Origin: Ascoidea asiatica JCM 7603
Taxonomy: Eukaryota; Fungi; Ascomycota
Reading direction: 5' to 3'
Assembly (NCBI GenBank): GCA_001600695.1
Contig: BCKQ01000021.1
Coordinates: 1 to 64,000, forward strand
DNA length: 64,000 nt
This document shows, piece by piece, positions 59,283 to 64,000 of the stretch. Under the pieces are notes generated by a model that saw only the letters and a program-made list of their open reading frames with translations, was not told the origin of the DNA and did not search any database. Positions within the stretch are counted from its first letter, which is position 1. Every line of letters starts with the position of its first letter. The position numbers and the translations under genes were made by a program.

Positions 59283-61052
59283 ATGAATTTACCTACTAAA
59301 GATTCTCAAATTGAAAGAGAACTTTTACAAAAAATTAATCAGATAAATATTTCTTCAAAGGTAGAAGATATTGAGAGTGAAAGTGAGAACGAAAATGAAA
59401 TGAAAAAAGATTATAATTATGGTTATGATTATGATAGTGAGAATAATGATGATAACATAGATCATTATTCTGATACAGAAATTGAAAAAAATGATAAAAA
59501 AACAATTTTGAATGATCATAAAACAATTCAATCATCTGAGAAAGGTGATATTTTAAATAAATATTCAATATCCAAAAATGAAGATAATATAAATAATTCT
59601 ATAAAACCACCTAAGATTTCAAAAGATAAATCTCAAAGAGCAACAATACAATCCGTTTTAGATCCAAGAACAATAAGATATTTAACAAATTTTATTAAAA
59701 ATGGTACTTTAACTAAAATTAATGGTTGTATATCCACCGGTAAAGAAGCAAATATTTATTATGCAATAAAAGAAGAAATTATAGAAGATACTAATGATAA
59801 TAATAGTTCTAAAACTATAATTCATCATTATGCAATAAAAATATATAAAACTTCAATATTAATTTTTAAAGATAGAGAAAGATATGTAACTGGAGAATTT
59901 CGATTTAAAAATTTTAATCAATCAAATCCAAGAAAAATGATAAAAATTTGGGCAGAAAAGGAATTTCGTAATTTAAAAAGATTATTATCAAATAATATTA
60001 ATGTACCAAAACCAATAGGAATTAAAAATAATGTTTTAATAATGGAATTAATTTCAAATAAAAATTCAATTGGATGGCCAAGTCCAAAATTAAAAGATTT
60101 TAAATTTAAAAATTTTAATCAAATTAAATTTTTTTATTTTAAATTATTAATAATTTTAAGAAAAATGTTTCAAATTTCTAAATTAATTCATGCAGATTTA
60201 AGTGAATATAATATAATTATTAAAGATGATTATAAAATTTATATTATTGATGTTTCTCAAAGTGTTGAACCAAATCATCCAATGAGTTTAGATTTTTTAA
60301 GAATGGATATTAAAAATTTAAATGATTTTTTTGAGAATAAAAAAAATATAAATATAATTTTAGAAAAAGATATATTTAAATTTATAATTGAAGAAATTTC
60401 AACGTTGAATAAAGAATATTTAAATGAAGAAAATAATGAGGAAGAAATTGAAGAAATTGAAGAAATAGAAGAAATAGAAGAAGAAGATAAAGAATATTTA
60501 AAATTATATGAAAAAGATGAATTAGAATTAGTTAAGATTTTAAATAAATTAAAATTAAAATTAAATGAAGAAGATATTTTAAATGATAAAATTTTCAGAT
60601 CACAACATTTAATAACAAGTTTACATTCATTAGAAGAAGAAGATTTTGAAAATTTTAAAAATGGTAAATTATATACATTTAGAGCTTTAGTTGCAGATGA
60701 AAATGGACAAAATATTATTGGAAATGAAATGGAAATAAATAAAAATCAAAGTAATGATAATGATAATGATAATGATGATAATAGTGGTAGTGATACTGAT
60801 AGTAATAGTGATAGTGAGACTGAAAATGAAGAAGAATATGAAAATGAAAATGAAAATGAAAATGAAAGCGATGAAGAAAATTCAGAAAGTAATGGAGGGA
60901 AATTCAATAGAAGAAATAAGAAATTTGAAGATAAAGAAGCAAAAAAATTGAATAAACAAAAAGTTAAAGAAGAAGCTAAAGAAAAAAGGAAAAGTAAAGT
61001 TAAAAAACATATAAAGAAAAAAGCTGTTAAAAAGAGTAAATCAAAGAAGTAA
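59283..61052 (+). CDS. RIO1: Atypical kinase Rio1
   Basis: STGKEANIY, FKDRERYVTGEFRF, NPRKMIKIWAEKE, HADLSEYN, IDVSQSVE. Confidence 0.96.
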   Translation: MNLPTKDSQIERELLQKINQINISSKVEDIESESENENEMKKDYNYGYDYDSENNDDNIDHYSDTEIEKNDKKTILNDHKTIQSSEKGDILNKYSISKNEDNINNSIKPPKISKDKSQRATIQSVLDPRTIRYLTNFIKNGTLTKINGCISTGKEANIYYAIKEEIIEDTNDNNSSKTIIHHYAIKIYKTSILIFKDRERYVTGEFRFKNFNQSNPRKMIKIWAEKEFRNLKRLLSNNINVPKPIGIKNNVLIMELISNKNSIGWPSPKLKDFKFKNFNQIKFFYFKLLIILRKMFQISKLIHADLSEYNIIIKDDYKIYIIDVSQSVEPNHPMSLDFLRMDIKNLNDFFENKKNINIILEKDIFKFIIEEISTLNKEYLNEENNEEEIEEIEEIEEIEEEDKEYLKLYEKDELELVKILNKLKLKLNEEDILNDKIFRSQHLITSLHSLEEEDFENFKNGKLYTFRALVADENGQNIIGNEMEINKNQSNDNDNDNDDNSGSDTDSNSDSETENEEEYENENENENESDEENSESNGGKFNRRNKKFEDKEAKKLNKQKVKEEAKEKRKSKVKKHIKKKAVKKSKSKK

Positions 61053-61166
61053 ATTGTAGAGATTTATTTAATAATACTTTTATAAAATATATTAAGTTAT
61101 TTATATACTGTACATATACTATACATATTATAGAATATAAAGAAAATATTTAAAGTTTAAATTTTA

Positions 61167-61796
61167 TTATAAATTTTTTAAAACATTATCAGCAGAAGAG
61201 ATTGTAATTGAAACATTATCAGGTTCAATAAAAGTTTTTAAAATTTTTTTATTTTCATTATCAATAATTAAAGCATATCTTTTTGATCTAAAATTACCAA
61301 AAATTTTAGTTGCATCAAAATCTAAATTTAATTTTTTTGTAAATGAACCATCTCTATCACTTAAAATTTTAATTGAATTATTATTATCTTTTAAATTAAA
61401 AGAATCTTTCCAAGCTTTAGTTACAAAAGGATCATTAACTGCAATTATAAAAATTTGATCAATTTTTAAATCATTTAATTTTTTAAAATTTGAAATAAAA
61501 TTTGGGATATGAGATTTTGTACAACCTGGAGAAAAAGCACCAGGTACACCAATTAATAAAGATTTATTTTTATTTGATAATTGATCAATTAAATTAATTG
61601 AATTACCTGGAGAATCTTCAAATAATGAAGGTAAATCATTTGATAATTTATCACCAATATTAACCATTTTAATTGAAGTTGTTGAGAAAAAAAATTTTGA
61701 ATTATTTAATATAATTGATTTTTTGAAAATTGAATTTAAATTTGAATTTCTTAGAATTGAAGAAGTTTTTGAAATTGAAGTTGCTGTTTTAAACAT
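61167..61796 (-). CDS. Prx5/Ahp1-family peroxiredoxin with mitochondrial presequence
   Basis: VPGAFSPGCTKSHIP, AVNDPFVTKAW, RSKRYAL; basic Ser/Thr-rich N-terminal 43 aa. Confidence 0.9.
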   Translation of the reverse strand: MFKTATSISKTSSILRNSNLNSIFKKSIILNNSKFFFSTTSIKMVNIGDKLSNDLPSLFEDSPGNSINLIDQLSNKNKSLLIGVPGAFSPGCTKSHIPNFISNFKKLNDLKIDQIFIIAVNDPFVTKAWKDSFNLKDNNNSIKILSDRDGSFTKKLNLDFDATKIFGNFRSKRYALIIDNENKKILKTFIEPDNVSITISSADNVLKNL

Positions 61797-63370
61797 TTTT
61801 TTTATAAAAGAAGAATATAAATTTGAAATTTAATTGAGATTAATGAATGTTTTTATAATGAAATATTAATTTTGAATATTGATTGATTACTTGAGTTTGA
61901 GATTTGAATTGAGAATATTGGACCAAGCTAAAGAATCAATTGCTGCTTATTAATTGAATTGAATTGGATTGAATTGAATTTGCTATTGAACAAAGAATAT
62001 TAAATAAAGAATAAGAGTAGCAGTGGTGGTTAGTGAACTAATATCGAATATCCTTTTTTTCCAAGAAAGCTCGAATTCTCCACTTCTTGAAGGATGATGA
62101 TGATGATGATGATGATGAATATCAGTGGTCGTTGAAGAAGACCCATAAACACGGTCTTATCAACTAAACCGCTGTCACGTGGTCAGCTCTTTTTGAAACC
62201 ATGTATAAGGAACTTCTTGTAATAAAATAGATAAATAAGTAACTGAAACTTAAATTTCACAACCTTTTAAACAATTTTTATTGATCTTTTCATATTTCCT
62301 GATTAAATGTGCATCTTTTGACTTTGGAGGGTGTTTTAAAATAAAAGTTTATTTCATTTTCATTTTTTGTAGTTCGAATCCCCAACCAGAAGTTTTTTTT
62401 TTTAATATGTGGAATAAAACTTATAAATTTAACCTATCAACTTTACAATATGTTGGAAGATATCAATTCCATTATACATTTGGAAAACCATAATTTTTTT
62501 TTACCTACAGTTTGAGCTGTGCTAATAAGGTGCAATATCAATATTTTTACAAGATTATTCAAAGTTTCAATAAATGAAATTGAAATTTTGAATAATAATA
62601 ATAATATATGGTAAGTAATGAACTGAATACAAAAACAAGCTTTCTCAATAGGAAAGTACCGAGGATAGTTTGATGCTTGTTATGTAATAGCTTACGTGAT
62701 TACGCAGTTTGCGGATATTACATAATCCGTGTCGTTGACCGTGCAGCCTTAAATAACTTAATTCTCTTTAATTCTCCAAATTCACTCAATATAAACACCA
62801 GTAAATAAATAGATAAATAAATAAACATCTAAATAAATAAATAAATAATAATTCAACTGATTAAACTAAACTAAACTGATATGATATGATATGATATAAT
62901 ACAATACAATATAATGAAATCAAATGTTATTCAATTCTGGTTTATATTCAATATTAATACTTTATTCTAAATATTATTTATAGTTCATTTTATCAATTCA
63001 ATTAAATTTATCCTTAAAGTCGGATTGACTCCTACTTTATATTATAATTAATATTATTCAATTCTATTTTGTTTTTTAATAGGAAATATATTAATACTAA
63101 ATATTAAATAAGAAACACTAAACACTTAATTCATAAAGCAATATCAATTCAATTTTAAAATTCAAACTATTTTCAATCTTTATTTTCTTTTCAATTCTTA
63201 TATTCTTATATTCTCATATTCTTATATTCTTATATTCTTATATTTCTTTATTCTCTTTTTTTCTCTTATAATATAACCTAATCTAATCTAATTCAAACTC
63301 TCATTTCTTTTCAAAAGAAATATATTGTACTATATATATATATACATATTATTATTTTCATTTAAAAAAA

Positions 63371-64000
63371 ATGAAATTAAAGACTTTAATATCTTCTCCT
63401 AAATCTCATTCAAATTCAAATTCAAATTCAAATTCAAATTCAAACCATGATTTAAATGATTCATCAATTAAAAGAAAATCTTCATTACCTCCAATAAATC
63501 AATATAATCCATTAAATTATTCTTCTGAATCTTCAAAAGTTTATGTAAATTCATTAAAAGCAAATTCAAGAAATAATTCATTAAGAAATAATTCTCTAAG
63601 AAACAATTCAAGAAATAATTTTTTAAGAAATTCATCATTTTCAAATTATATCAATGAAAATGAAAATGAAAATGAAAATGAAAATGAAAATGATTTAAGT
63701 TATAATGAAATTGATTTATTAACTACAAGAAATACTTTAAGAAATTCAACAATGAATTCTTCATCAAATCCATTAACAAATAATAATAATAATAATAATA
63801 ATAATACCAACAATAACAATAATCATAGTGCTGCTTTTGCAGCGGCTAAAGCTTTATCTAACGCTAGATCAAATTCAATTCAATCTTCAAATATTAATAA
63901 CTTAAATACTAGAAATAGAAATAGAAATAGAAATTCAAGCTTAAGTTTAAATAAATCTTTAAGAACTTCAAGTTTATCAAATAATAATTTCAATAATATC
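63371..64000 (+). CDS. Low-complexity Asn/Ser-rich protein, 3'-partial
   Basis: ATG in an AAAAATG context; frame open to the window end (MKLKTLISSPK...SAAFAAAKALSNARS). Not in the ORF track. Confidence 0.75.
   Translation, partial: MKLKTLISSPKSHSNSNSNSNSNSNHDLNDSSIKRKSSLPPINQYNPLNYSSESSKVYVNSLKANSRNNSLRNNSLRNNSRNNFLRNSSFSNYINENENENENENENDLSYNEIDLLTTRNTLRNSTMNSSSNPLTNNNNNNNNNTNNNNNHSAAFAAAKALSNARSNSIQSSNINNLNTRNRNRNRNSSLSLNKSLRTSSLSNNNFNNI

Overview
Very AT-rich, intron-containing budding-yeast (Saccharomycotina) nuclear DNA. The composition and poly-Asn expansions resemble Ascoidea, but that assignment is inference. The window holds about 24 protein genes and one tRNA-Val(UAC): a 5'-truncated metacaspase, a spliced SRC1/HEH1, a small mitochondrial protein, GTR2, an LRR-like orphan, CCL1, IST1, a YGL140C/BRE4-like FUSC-family transporter, a 1681-aa ARM-like orphan, a YDR061W-like ABC ATPase, EXO70, TAF9, an ALY1/2 arrestin, two ALD2/3-type dehydrogenases, PNC1, MCX1, a YPR011C-like carrier, two TPO4 paralogs, HNT3, TRE1/2, RIO1, a Prx5-type peroxiredoxin and a 3'-truncated ORF. 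Main observations: (1) The two ALDH genes form a 1529-bp inverted repeat with no mismatch found. They have unrelated promoters and diverged final codons, and they bracket a 5.6-kb PNC1-MCX1-carrier segment that could be invertible. Immediately adjacent is a second, older inverted pair of TPO4 polyamine transporters. (2) SRC1 intron 3 has overlapping GTAAGG/GCAAGT donors and a dual-coding exon, predicting long and short isoforms. (3) There is an unannotated decayed protein-kinase pseudogene. (4) The metacaspase appears to lack most Ca2+-binding aspartates. All homology calls rest on recalled motifs; no searches were run.
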